Positions 11,077 to 20,790 are shown, counted from the first letter of the stretch. The stretch is 64,000 nt of DNA from an uncultured Actinomycetes bacterium (GCA_963725665.1 CAVRZA010000008.1:32001-96000); one strand, 5' to 3'. The notes: generated by a model not told the origin, from the letters alone. Program-made: numbers and translations.

Positions 11077-12408
11077 ATGACTGACGGCCGCACGAAGGTG
11101 CTCATCATGGGAGCCGCGGGGCGCGACTTCCACAACTTCAACACGTTCTTCCGCGACAACGAGGACTACGAGGTCGTCGCCTTCACGGCCACGCAGATCC
11201 CCTACATCAACGACCGCAAGTACCCCGCCGAGCTCGCTGGTCGCCTCTATCCCGAGGGCATCCCCATCCACGACGAGTCGGAGATGCCCGAGCTGGTGAA
11301 GAAGCACGACGTCGAGCAGGTCGTGTTCGCCTACAGCGACGTGCGCTACGAGTACGTCATGCACCGCTCGGCGCTGGTGAACGCGCTGGGCGCCGACTTC
11401 CGTCTGCTCGGCCCCGACCACACGATGGTCAAGAGCACGAAGCCGGTGATCGCCGTGTGCGCCGTGCGCACGGGCGCCGGCAAGAGCCAGACCACGCGCA
11501 AGATCCAGGTGCTGCTGCGCGAGGCCGGCAAGAAGGTCGTCAGCATCCGCCATCCCATGCCGTACGGCGACCTCGTCAAGCAGCGCGTGCAGCGCTACGC
11601 GACGGTCGAGGACCTCGCCAGGTACGACTGCACCATCGAGGAGATGGAGGAGTACGAGCCGCACGTCAAGGCCGGCAATGTGATCTACGCCGGCGTCGAC
11701 TACGAGGCCATCGTGCGCGAGGCGGAGAAGGAAGCCGACGTCATCCTCTGGGACGGCGGCAACAACGACTTCAGCTTCTACAAGCCCGACCTGTACATCA
11801 CCGTCGCCGACCCGCATCGCCCCGGCGACGGCCTCGTGTACTACCCCGGCGAGGTCAACCTGCGTCTCGCCGACGTCATCGTGCTCAACAAGATCGACAC
11901 CGCCGACCGCGCCGGCATCGAGGCCGAGCTCGAGGCCGTGCGCTCGGTGAACCCCACGGCTCAGATCGTCATGGGCGCCTCGCCGGTGACGGTCGACGAC
12001 CCGGCTGCGGTCAAGGGCAAGCGCGTGCTCGTGGTCGAGGATGGACCTACACTCACGCACGGCGAGATGAAGTACGGCGCCGGCACCGTGGCCGCCAGGC
12101 AGCTCGGCGCCGCCGAGTTCATCGACCCACGGCCGTTCGCCGTCGGCGAGATCAAGGCGACGTTCGAGAAGTATCCGAACGTCGGCGTGCTGCTGCCGGC
12201 CATGGGCTACTCCGACGAGCAGCTCAAGGATCTCGAAACGACCATCAACACCTCAGGCGCCGACCTGGTCGTCATCGGCACCCCCATGGACCTGCGGCGC
12301 ATCATCGACATCAAACTGCCCGCGGTGCAGGTCAAATACGACCTGCAGGAGATCGGCAGCCCGACGCTGCGCGACATCCTGGTCGAGCGCGGGTTCATAG
12401 CTGTCTGA
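11077..12408 (+). CDS. COG2403 P-loop enzyme (cDPG-synthetase-like 'GTPase'), probable arginine synthetase
   Basis: MGAAGRDFHNFN, AVRTGAGKSQT, RHPMPYG, TIEEMEEYEPH, WDGGNND, EDGPTLTHG; strong SD AAGGAG upstream; next to OTCase. Confidence 0.75.
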   Translation: MTDGRTKVLIMGAAGRDFHNFNTFFRDNEDYEVVAFTATQIPYINDRKYPAELAGRLYPEGIPIHDESEMPELVKKHDVEQVVFAYSDVRYEYVMHRSALVNALGADFRLLGPDHTMVKSTKPVIAVCAVRTGAGKSQTTRKIQVLLREAGKKVVSIRHPMPYGDLVKQRVQRYATVEDLARYDCTIEEMEEYEPHVKAGNVIYAGVDYEAIVREAEKEADVILWDGGNNDFSFYKPDLYITVADPHRPGDGLVYYPGEVNLRLADVIVLNKIDTADRAGIEAELEAVRSVNPTAQIVMGASPVTVDDPAAVKGKRVLVVEDGPTLTHGEMKYGAGTVAARQLGAAEFIDPRPFAVGEIKATFEKYPNVGVLLPAMGYSDEQLKDLETTINTSGADLVVIGTPMDLRRIIDIKLPAVQVKYDLQEIGSPTLRDILVERGFIAV

Positions 12409-12430
12409 TCGCAGGGTTGCGGAAGAAGGC

Positions 12431-12476
12431 GCTCGCGGGCGGGCCGCCGTCACATGACGGCGTCCCGCCCGCGAGC
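12431..12476 (+). terminator. GC-rich stem-loop after the ArcE-like gene
   Basis: GCTCGCGGGCGGG-C-CGCCGTCA / TGACGGCG-T-CCCGCCCGCGAGC inverted repeat. Confidence 0.6.
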
Positions 12477-12637
12477 TCTGACGCCCCAGTTTCCTCCCGC
12501 CACCTGCGGTCGCCCCAACGGTTCCCGTTGCCCGCGCTCTGCGCCGACGACCCCCGCCGCCGGGCGGCTCGGAGGCCCCCGATGCGTGACCTGTAGACTA
12601 GCCTGACCATCTGCCACCGATAGCGAAAGAGGGGGCC

Positions 12638-13609
12638 ATGTCGACTCCCGTCTCCGGGCTCGCCGAGCGCGCCGCCGGTCTGGGCCTCAAGGGCACGAGC
12701 TTCCTCACCATGCACCATCACACCCCGGCACAGATCGCCGGCCTGCTCGATCTGGCCGCCGACATCAAGGCGCACCACAAGGGCGGCGTCGCGCCGATGC
12801 TGCTCCAGGGACGCTCTGTGGCCATGATCTTCATGAAGACCTCGACGCGCACGCGCATCTCGTTCGAGGTCGGGATCACCCAGCTCGGGGCCCAGCCGCT
12901 GTTCCTCAACGCCAACGACATCCAGTTGCGCGTGGGCGAGACGATCAAGGACACGGCGCACGTGCTCTCGCGCTACGTCGACGCCATCATGATCCGCACT
13001 TTCGCCCAGAAGGACGTCGAGGACCTGCGCGACGAGGGCTCGATCCCCGTCATCAACGGCCTCACAGACGACTGGCACCCCTGCCAGGCCATGGCCGACC
13101 TGCTCACCATCCGCGAGCACTTCGGCGAGCTCGCTCGGCGGCGGCTTGTTTACGTCGGCGACGGCAACAACGTGGCCCACTCGCTGATGATCGGCGGCGC
13201 CAAGACCGGCATGCGCGTGACCGTCGCCACACCGGCGGACTACCAGCCCAAGGATTGGGTCGTCGCGTGGGCGCGCGAGGACGCCCGGGAGACCGACGCC
13301 ACGATCGATCTCACGACCGACCTGCGCGGCGCCGTGCGCGGGGCCGACGTGATCTACACCGACACCTGGACGAGCATGGGCCAGGAGGCCGAGGCTGCCG
13401 TGCGCGAGCAACGCCTGGCCGACTTCCAGGTCAATGCCGACCTGGTCGTCGAGGCTGGGCCGCAGGTGCGCGTCATGCACTGTCTCCCGGCGCACTGGGG
13501 CAAGGAGATCACCGAAGAGGTCCTCTACGCTCCGCAGTCGATCGTCTTCGACCAGGCCGAGAACCGCCTGCACGCGCAGAAGGCGATCATGGCGGCTCTC
13601 ATCGGGTAG
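12638..13609 (+). CDS. argF: Ornithine carbamoyltransferase
   Basis: STRTR, HPCQ, GDGNNV, SMG, HCLP, AENRLH motifs. Confidence 0.95.
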   Translation: MSTPVSGLAERAAGLGLKGTSFLTMHHHTPAQIAGLLDLAADIKAHHKGGVAPMLLQGRSVAMIFMKTSTRTRISFEVGITQLGAQPLFLNANDIQLRVGETIKDTAHVLSRYVDAIMIRTFAQKDVEDLRDEGSIPVINGLTDDWHPCQAMADLLTIREHFGELARRRLVYVGDGNNVAHSLMIGGAKTGMRVTVATPADYQPKDWVVAWAREDARETDATIDLTTDLRGAVRGADVIYTDTWTSMGQEAEAAVREQRLADFQVNADLVVEAGPQVRVMHCLPAHWGKEITEEVLYAPQSIVFDQAENRLHAQKAIMAALIG

Positions 13610-13652
13610 GGGATCGCAGTCTGGGGAGGCGGCCGTTCCGCTGGCATCGGGC

Positions 13653-14873
13653 CTAGCCGGTCGACCTCTGCTCCGGTCTCGGTGGGGTTCCTCCGGACGA
13701 CTCGATCCGTCGTGAGACCCGCGCCAGCCCCACGGCCGCCACCGTCGCCGCCGCCGCGGCGACGGCGAGCATGAGGAAGACGTACTGCAGGCGTCCGCCG
13801 GCGGCGTCGGCGATGAGGCCGCCGGCGAGCGCCGCCAGCGAGCCGAAGCCAAACGACAGTCCGAAGCTGAAGCCGTACCCAACGCCGCGCCGGCCGGGAG
13901 ACGTGTACTTACCGGTGAAGGTGTTGTCCATCGGCTGCGTGGTGAAGTGCACGAAGCTGAACGTCATGAAGAGCAGCAATAGCGCCCAGTCCCAGGCGAA
14001 GAAGGCGAGCGCGAGAAGCGCTGCCTGCATCCCCAGAAGCAGCACGTAGAGGCGCTCTGGGCGCCGCCAGGCGCCGAGGTGGCCGCCGGCCCATTGGCCG
14101 AAGAAGCCGACGGCGTAGACCAGCGACGCGACGATGCCCCCGCGCACGAGCGGACTCGCGGGCAAGAAGTCGGCGCGCACGCCGGCGTATGAGGGCAGAA
14201 AGGTAACCACGCCGCGGAAGATGAAACCGAGCGCGATCGTGATCGCGTAGACGTAGACGAGCGCCTCGACGTAGGTGCGTCCGTGGCTGTGTCTGGTGGC
14301 TGGCGAGGCCGAGTGTGCGGCCGGCGCGGGCTCGTTCGCGGGTGCCCGCGCCAGCAGCACCACGCCCAGGACCACGCCGAAGCCTGCCGCGAGCGCGAAC
14401 GGCAGGCGCCATGAGACGAGCCAGGCGAGGATGCCGCCGAACGCCGGCGCGGCGGTGAGGCCGATGTTGCCGATCATGCCGTGGTGGCCGAGGAAGACGG
14501 GGTCGTTGCCGCTGGCCGTCGAGACGAGCGTCACCCCGGCGGTGTGGTAGAGGGAGCATGAGACGCCGAGGCCGAAGAGCGCTGCCGAGAAGGCGATGGG
14601 CGTGGGCGCGGCGGCGACCGCCAGGGCGGCCGCCGCCGCGCCCAGCACGCAGATACGCAGGAACGTGAGCGCGCGCACGCGGCCGATGGCGAGCCCTACG
14701 CCCAGGGCGCCGAAGCCGTACACCATGGTCGCGGCGGTGTAGACGCCGCCCAGGCTCGCGTAGTCGGCGTGCCACTGCGCCCGCAGCGCGAAGAGCACGG
14801 CGGGGAAGAGGCTCATGGTGAGGTGGACATAGGCGTGCGTGGCGTACACGGGGAGCAGGTGGCGGGAGCGCAT
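13653..14873 (-). CDS. MFS transporter
   Basis: About 12 hydrophobic segments, MFS-like pattern; ATG at 14873. Confidence 0.85.
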   Translation of the reverse strand: MRSRHLLPVYATHAYVHLTMSLFPAVLFALRAQWHADYASLGGVYTAATMVYGFGALGVGLAIGRVRALTFLRICVLGAAAAALAVAAAPTPIAFSAALFGLGVSCSLYHTAGVTLVSTASGNDPVFLGHHGMIGNIGLTAAPAFGGILAWLVSWRLPFALAAGFGVVLGVVLLARAPANEPAPAAHSASPATRHSHGRTYVEALVYVYAITIALGFIFRGVVTFLPSYAGVRADFLPASPLVRGGIVASLVYAVGFFGQWAGGHLGAWRRPERLYVLLLGMQAALLALAFFAWDWALLLLFMTFSFVHFTTQPMDNTFTGKYTSPGRRGVGYGFSFGLSFGFGSLAALAGGLIADAAGGRLQYVFLMLAVAAAAATVAAVGLARVSRRIESSGGTPPRPEQRSTG

Positions 14874-14959
14874 CGTCGCTCGCTGATCGTAGCGGCCGCG
14901 TCCGGCGGCCGGCGGCCCAGCGCCCGGCTGTCCGGCGGTCGCCCGCGACGAGGCCGTGT

Positions 14960-16561
14960 CTAGATCCAACTGCCGAACCACATGAGGCGGTAGAAGTGGG
15001 TCGACGGGATGGCCAGCGAGAGCACGATGGGCAGGAACACCAGGCACCATCCCACGACGGCCCCGGACCAGACCCAGAGGAACCGCCGCCGCAGGCCGCG
15101 GCACGGCGGAAGGACGAAGACGCCGATCAACACGGCCGCCGCCAGCACCCCCGCCGTCACGCTCACACCCCAGGCGAGGGCGGGGGAGACCGCATGCGGC
15201 AGCGTCCAGAAGACGGCCTTGGCTACTTGCCCGATGGGATACCAGAACAGCGTCATCACGGCCAGGCCGGCGGCGAACAGGATGAGCGGCCGACGAGTCA
15301 GCCAGGCCAGGACGGATCGGCCGGGCTCCTCCTCTGATCCACCGCCGAGCCCGCCGGCTTGCGTCTCGTCGGGGTCGGCCCGATCCCAGGGTGGGTGCTC
15401 AGGAAGCCTTACGTCGACCCCGTTCACGGTGGCGATCGCGGTCGCGACGAGCACGGCGAGCAGGGGCGCGACCGGCTGCATGTAGTACATGAACGAGGTC
15501 CGCGTGGTCAGGAACCATGGGAAGTAGAGGACGGCGACGAGCAGCGGCGCGACGGCGAGCCCGCGGCGGCGCCGCAGAAGAGCGACGAAGGGCAGCACGA
15601 GGAGACACGCCAGGGCGCTCCACCAGAGGAAGGCGTTGCCGATCGAGATGACGCCGTGGACGACGTCGTTCTTGCTCACGAAGTAGTACCAGACCGGGCG
15701 ATAGTCGGCGATCCAGGTCGGCGCCAGCGAGGCGTAGCTGTGGGTCGCGTGCAGGTGCAGGTTGAACTGCCACATCTGGCGCTGCAGCTCGCGCCACTGC
15801 GCCCAGGTGTGCCCCGCCGCGAAATACTGCCAGTAGCTCGCCACGTACAAGCCCACGGGGAGCGCTACGAGCAGGGCGAGCGGCGCCAGCGCCGCTCGCC
15901 CTGCTCGTAGCAACTTCGGCCACGCACCGGCATCCGGCTCGCCGGCGGGCCGGCTTCTCAGGAGGAAGAGCAGCAGGAGTGCGGCCAGCAGCGCATAGGC
16001 GCCCGACCACTTGGTGCCCAGAGCGAGGCCGCCGACGACGCCCGCGAGGACGAGCCAGAGCAGCCGGCGTCCGTCTTGCGCGTAGCGCAGGGTGAAGAGC
16101 AGGCAGAGCACCGTCCAGAGGCCGACGAAGATGTCGAGCGTGGCGATGCGCGATTGAGCGATGCCGAGCGTGTCGGCCGCCGCCAGCGCCAGGGCCAGGA
16201 GCGCCCAGACCGGCGCGAGGCCGAGCCGCCGCGCCAGCGGATAGACGCCGGCCAGCATCACGAGCCCGGCGAGGGCGCTGGCGAAGCGCCAGCCGAGGGC
16301 GTTGTCGCCGAAGAGAAGGATGCCGCCGGCGATGAGGAATTTGCCCCACTCGGGATGTGGCCAGGAGATCTCCTTGCCGGGCTCCCACGGGAAGGCCTTC
16401 TCGGTCGGCCCCACCCGCCCCTTGAGGATCGTCTTGGCGTCCTTGGCGTAGTAGACCTCGTCGAAGATGTAGGACTTGGGTGTGCCGAGGTGGTAGAAGC
16501 GCGCGCCGGCGGAGAGCGCGACGATCACCACGATGGCGATGATGACGAACCGGCGGGTCAC
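14960..16561 (-). CDS. Polyprenyl-phosphate-mannose protein O-mannosyltransferase (GT39/PMT family)
   Basis: FDEVYY, HPEWGK, GWRF, SRIATLD, TKWSG, HSYAS..W, GNAFLWW motifs; multi-TM. Confidence 0.85.
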   Translation of the reverse strand: MTRRFVIIAIVVIVALSAGARFYHLGTPKSYIFDEVYYAKDAKTILKGRVGPTEKAFPWEPGKEISWPHPEWGKFLIAGGILLFGDNALGWRFASALAGLVMLAGVYPLARRLGLAPVWALLALALAAADTLGIAQSRIATLDIFVGLWTVLCLLFTLRYAQDGRRLLWLVLAGVVGGLALGTKWSGAYALLAALLLLFLLRSRPAGEPDAGAWPKLLRAGRAALAPLALLVALPVGLYVASYWQYFAAGHTWAQWRELQRQMWQFNLHLHATHSYASLAPTWIADYRPVWYYFVSKNDVVHGVISIGNAFLWWSALACLLVLPFVALLRRRRGLAVAPLLVAVLYFPWFLTTRTSFMYYMQPVAPLLAVLVATAIATVNGVDVRLPEHPPWDRADPDETQAGGLGGGSEEEPGRSVLAWLTRRPLILFAAGLAVMTLFWYPIGQVAKAVFWTLPHAVSPALAWGVSVTAGVLAAAVLIGVFVLPPCRGLRRRFLWVWSGAVVGWCLVFLPIVLSLAIPSTHFYRLMWFGSWI

Positions 16562-16689
16562 GAGCCCGACCGAGCGGGAGCGGGCGCCGGGCACGGCCGG
16601 CGCTGCGGCTTGGCCGAGGGAGCTGATAGCTCAGGGGCAATCTCGTCGTATCGGCGGTTGCTGTGCATCGTCGGCCGCCATTATAGTTT

Positions 16690-18084
16690 TTGCCGAGCAT
16701 CCTGCCGCGAGCGACGGTGGCGTCTACGACGAAAGGGGAGACGATCAGACCGCGCAGTCTTTCGCCGTGCCATCGATCGCACCGGCGTCCCACGGAGGGG
16801 GGAACGAGGCCGCTGCGCAGGCTCGCGCTCGGCGTCGTCCTCGGTCTGGCGGTCGCCGTCCTCCTGCCGTCGCCGGCGACCGCCGTCGTCACGACGAGTT
16901 ACCAGACCCAGCCCCGACCGGGCGTCACGGAGCGTGTGATCTGGGGCCAGAACCAGGTCGCCATCTACAAGGTCTCCGGCGTCAACCACGTCGGCAGCAT
17001 GCACTTCGCCGTCCATTGGCGGCCGACGAGCGCCGACCTCGACATCTACCTGCTCGACCCCTCCCAGATCTCTCTCAACGAACCGCAGGGCTTTCTGGGC
17101 ACGTCCAAGGGGCGCGAGGCAATCGACTACTACGTCGCCTCGATTTCGCCGGCCGGACTGCAGCTCGGCGAGGACCCCGCCACGCACGAGCCCCGGCCGG
17201 TCGGCGACACCTACTACGTCGTCGTGACCGCCTACAACGGCTCCGCGCGCTTCTGGGTCGATGGGACATACCCGTACATCGCCGCGGGTGGCGGCACCGA
17301 CACGATCGGCCCTGCGAACCTCGCAGCCGCCACCTATCGCCGGCCGGTCTTTGCCGGCACGCGGTCGCGCCTCAGCGGCGCCGCCTTCGGCGCTCCGTTT
17401 GACTACGTCCCGACCTCGGTGGGCGTCGCGTCGGCGGCGCTCGAGTGGCCGGCCAACGTGGCCACGAAGCGCGTGACCTACGATCCCGTCGCCGCGCCGA
17501 AGCCGGCGAACTTCCAGCACTATGGGTTGGCTGGCTCGGTGCTCGACCCCGTGTTCGCCTCGCTTGGGCCGGCGAACTGGTCGCCACCGGTGCACGGCGA
17601 CCCGCCGTCGTGGTACAGCCTCTTCGCCACCTACACGGTGGCGCGCTCGACACCCACGCCGCCCGGGCGCCTGGAGCACTACGTCCCGGTGCTGTACCTG
17701 GTCGCCAAGGACCCCGCCCTGGGGCCCGACGGCCCGCTTAGGACGGGGATCAGCACCGTCGGCTACAAGGCGACGCTCGACTTTCCGCAGAACCTCTACC
17801 TGGCCAGCGCCCCGGGTAGCGTGCTACGGGGCATGCCGGTCGCCCTCAAGGGAACGCTGGCACGCGATGGCAGCTGGGCGCCTGCGAAGACCCCGGTGAG
17901 GATCCAGCGGCTCAATGACGGGGAGTGGAGGACGGTCGTCACGACTCGGGTGGGCAAGAACGGCGCCTGGACGGCGATCCTCTACCCGCGGACGAGCGCG
18001 CGCTGGCGCGCCGAGGCGGCGGGCGACGCGCTCACGGGCCTCGCGCTGGAGCACTCCACGGTCCGTAGGATAGTCGTCAACTGA
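16690..18084 (+). CDS. Secreted hypothetical protein (start uncertain)
   Basis: Signal-peptide-like RRLALGVVLGLAVAVLL..ATA; DLDIYLLDP (PPC-like); Ig-like C-terminus. Confidence 0.65.
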   Translation: MPSILPRATVASTTKGETIRPRSLSPCHRSHRRPTEGGTRPLRRLALGVVLGLAVAVLLPSPATAVVTTSYQTQPRPGVTERVIWGQNQVAIYKVSGVNHVGSMHFAVHWRPTSADLDIYLLDPSQISLNEPQGFLGTSKGREAIDYYVASISPAGLQLGEDPATHEPRPVGDTYYVVVTAYNGSARFWVDGTYPYIAAGGGTDTIGPANLAAATYRRPVFAGTRSRLSGAAFGAPFDYVPTSVGVASAALEWPANVATKRVTYDPVAAPKPANFQHYGLAGSVLDPVFASLGPANWSPPVHGDPPSWYSLFATYTVARSTPTPPGRLEHYVPVLYLVAKDPALGPDGPLRTGISTVGYKATLDFPQNLYLASAPGSVLRGMPVALKGTLARDGSWAPAKTPVRIQRLNDGEWRTVVTTRVGKNGAWTAILYPRTSARWRAEAAGDALTGLALEHSTVRRIVVN

Positions 18085-18226
18085 CGCGAAGAAGGGGACG
18101 GCTCTTCCATCCTTGGGACGACCACCGCCACGAAAGGGGCGCACACGACCATGGGCAAGATCTCGATGAGCCTGCCTGCTGGGTCGATGTCGCCCAGCGC
18201 GCACAGGCGCGCGATGGGAGGTCCTC

Positions 18227-19780
18227 TTGGCTGATCGTCTCGCCCAGACGGAGGTCGTCGTCGGTGAGCGGCCTCTGCTGATCGAGGACGTCGTCGCGGT
18301 CGCGCGCGGTGGCGCGGCCGTGAGGCTGGACGCCGCCGCGCGCGACCGCATCGACCGCGCCCGCGCGGTCGTCGAGCAGATCGTGGCCGACGAACGCGTC
18401 GTCTACGGCGTCACGACGGGCTTCGGGCAGCTCGCGACGACACATATCCCGGCGACCAAGGCGCGCGAGCTGCAGGAGAACCTCATCCGCAGCCACGCCG
18501 TCGGCGTGGGCGAGCCGTTGGCGCGCGACGTGGTGCGCGCGGCGATGGTGATCCGCATCAACACCATCGCCAGAGGTCACTCCGGTGTGCGCACCTCGGT
18601 CGTCGACCTGCTCGTCGAGCTCCTCAAGCGCGACCTCGTAGGCTGGGTGCCGTCGCGCGGCTCGCTGGGGGCGAGCGGCGACCTCGCCCCGTCGGCGCAC
18701 CTGGTGCTGGCGATGATGGGGGAGGGAGAGCTGCTGGGCGCTCACGGGGAGCGGGTCGCCGCTCGCCCCGCGCTCGCCGCCGCTGGCCTCGAGCCTCTGC
18801 GTCTGGAGGCCAAGGAGGGCGTCTCCCTCATCAACGGCACACAGTTCATGGCCGCCGTCGGCTGCCTGGCGGTGGCCGACGGTGAGAGCGTGCTCGACTC
18901 GGCCGACCTGATCGGGGCGATGAGCATCGAGGGACTCAAGGCGTCGGTTGGTCCGTTCCAGGATCGCATCCAGCTTCTGCGCCCCATCCCCGGCCAGTTG
19001 CACACGGCGCGCCACGTGCGCGCCGCGACCGAGGGCAGCGAGATCATGCTCAGCCATCTCAACTGCGACAAGGTGCAGGACGCCTACTCGATCCGCTGCA
19101 TCCCGCAGGTCCACGGGGCCTGTCGCGACGCCTTCCGCTGGCTGCGTGAGGTCGTCTCGATCGAGATCGAGTCGGTGACCGACAACCCGCTCATCTTCCC
19201 CGACACCGGTGAAGTGATCTCGGCCGGCAACTTCCACGGCGAGCCGCTGGCGCTAGCCCTCGACGTGGCCGCCATGAGCATGGCCGAGATCGGCGGCATG
19301 TCCGAACGGCGCACCTTTCGGCTCCTCTCGCCGTTCCTTTCGGGGCTGCCGCCCTACCTTACGCGCGAGAGCGGCCTCAACAACGGCTACATGATCTCGC
19401 AGTACACTGCCGCGGCGCTCGTGGCCGAGAACCGCATCCTCTCCCATCCGGCGAGCGTCGACTCCCTGCCTACTTCAGGCGATCAGGAGGACCACGTCAG
19501 CATGGGCATGACGGCGGCCCTCAAGCTGCAGACCGTCATGCGCAACACCGAACTGATCCTCGGCATCGAGGCGCTCTGCGCGGCGCAGGCGATCGATCTG
19601 CTGGCCCCGCTCCAGCCCGGTGCGGGCACCAGGCGCGGCTACGAGCTCGTGCGAGGCGTAGCCCCGCCCCTCGAGGGTGACCGCTACCTGGCACCCGAGA
19701 TCGAGGCCTGCGGTGAGCTCGTGCGCCGAGGGGCTTTCGCAGGGCTGGTGCGCGAGCTGCACGGCGACGAGGGCGGCTGA
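18227..19780 (+). CDS. hutH: Histidine ammonia-lyase
   Basis: YGVTTGFG, GSLGASGDLAP (MIO ASG), QDAYSIRCIPQVHG, GNFHG, QEDHVSM. Confidence 0.95.
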   Translation: MADRLAQTEVVVGERPLLIEDVVAVARGGAAVRLDAAARDRIDRARAVVEQIVADERVVYGVTTGFGQLATTHIPATKARELQENLIRSHAVGVGEPLARDVVRAAMVIRINTIARGHSGVRTSVVDLLVELLKRDLVGWVPSRGSLGASGDLAPSAHLVLAMMGEGELLGAHGERVAARPALAAAGLEPLRLEAKEGVSLINGTQFMAAVGCLAVADGESVLDSADLIGAMSIEGLKASVGPFQDRIQLLRPIPGQLHTARHVRAATEGSEIMLSHLNCDKVQDAYSIRCIPQVHGACRDAFRWLREVVSIEIESVTDNPLIFPDTGEVISAGNFHGEPLALALDVAAMSMAEIGGMSERRTFRLLSPFLSGLPPYLTRESGLNNGYMISQYTAAALVAENRILSHPASVDSLPTSGDQEDHVSMGMTAALKLQTVMRNTELILGIEALCAAQAIDLLAPLQPGAGTRRGYELVRGVAPPLEGDRYLAPEIEACGELVRRGAFAGLVRELHGDEGG

Positions 19781-19814
19781 GCCGCTCGCGTCGCAAGGCT
19801 GGCTGTGCGGCGAT

Positions 19815-19890
19815 CCGCCCGCCAGCGAGCCGCCCGCCAGCGAGCCGCCTGCCAGCGAGCCGCCTGCCAGCGAGCCCGTTCGCCAGCGAG
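19815..19890. repeat. 15-bp tandem repeat CCGCCYGCCAGCGAG x4 plus one degenerate copy
   Basis: Read directly from sequence. Confidence 0.9.
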
Positions 19891-19925
19891 CTTGCGCGCG
19901 ACAGCGGGGCGGACGACTCCAAGAC

Positions 19926-19937
19926 GAACACTTGTTC
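19926..19937. promoter_or_regulatory. Candidate LexA (GAAC-N4-GTTC) box
   Basis: GAACACTTGTTC, exact reverse complement of the lexA promoter box at 24133-24144. Confidence 0.5.
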
Positions 19938-19989
19938 CCGGTCTTTCACCTGAACTTCGTCTCGGGTGGGTTGGACTCGGGGCATTAGA

Positions 19990-20007
19990 TTGTGATACTA
20001 GTCGCAA
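19990..20007. promoter_or_regulatory. Candidate Rex/CRP-type operator upstream of satP
   Basis: TTGTGA-TACTAG-TCGCAA, one mismatch from TTGTGA-N6-TCACAA, in a locally AT-rich promoter region. Confidence 0.5.
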
Positions 20008-20127
20008 GGCCCGAGCGGCGCGTGGCGCCGTCGTGCCCTGCCCGCCTGCCGGGCCCTCCTCACAGTCGATCGGAGGCGCGGCGCGGGCGCAGGTTGACAG
20101 GCAACATCATTGGGAGGCAGCGCATCG

Positions 20128-20781
20128 ATGGCTGAGCAGAGCACAAGAGTCCTAGCGGAGCTGAGGGATCGTACCGCCAACCCCGCCCCGTTCGGGCTGA
20201 TGGCGTTCGGCCTCACGACCGTGCTCCTGAACCTGCACAACGCGGGCCTCTTCGGGATGAACACGATGATCCTGGCCATGGGCGTCTTCTACGGCGGCGT
20301 CGCGCAGCTCATCGCCTGCGTGCAGGAGTACAAGAAGAACAACACCTTCGGGGCCACGGCCTTCGGGTCCTACGGCCTCTTCTGGCTCACGTTCGTCGGC
20401 ATCTTTGCCTTCCCCAAGTGGATGGGCATCGAGGCGCCGACGGCGACCGCGATCGGCTGGTACCTCATCTCGTGGGGCGTCTTCACCGGCCTCATGTTCA
20501 TCGGCACGCTCAGGATCAACCGCTCGCTGCAGACGGTGTTCGGCAGCCTCACCATACTGTACGTCCTGCTGGCGATCGCGGAGTGGACGGGCAACGGGAC
20601 CCTGACGAAGGTCGCCGGCTGGGAAGGCGTCTTCGTCGGCCTCTCGGCCGTGTACGGCTCGATCGCGCTGATCTGGAACGAGCTCTACGGGCGCACCGTG
20701 CTGCCCATCGGGCCGGTGGTCAGGGCGGCGGCTACCAAGCCGGCCTCCATCTTGACGAAGGGGGAGCAGGTCTCGGCCTGA
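20128..20781 (+). CDS. satP: Acetate uptake transporter (SatP/YaaH, GPR1/FUN34 family)
   Basis: ANPAPFGLMAFG, NTFGATAFGSYGLFW; 6 TM. Confidence 0.9.
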   Translation: MAEQSTRVLAELRDRTANPAPFGLMAFGLTTVLLNLHNAGLFGMNTMILAMGVFYGGVAQLIACVQEYKKNNTFGATAFGSYGLFWLTFVGIFAFPKWMGIEAPTATAIGWYLISWGVFTGLMFIGTLRINRSLQTVFGSLTILYVLLAIAEWTGNGTLTKVAGWEGVFVGLSAVYGSIALIWNELYGRTVLPIGPVVRAAATKPASILTKGEQVSA

Positions 20782-20790
20782 CGGATGCGT

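Noticed and set aside
18150-18233. Short ORF upstream of hutH as an attenuator leader peptide
   Set aside because: Only one His codon and no terminator/antiterminator evident
19815-19890. Possible CRISPR array
   Set aside because: 15-bp head-to-tail units, no spacers, no cas genes
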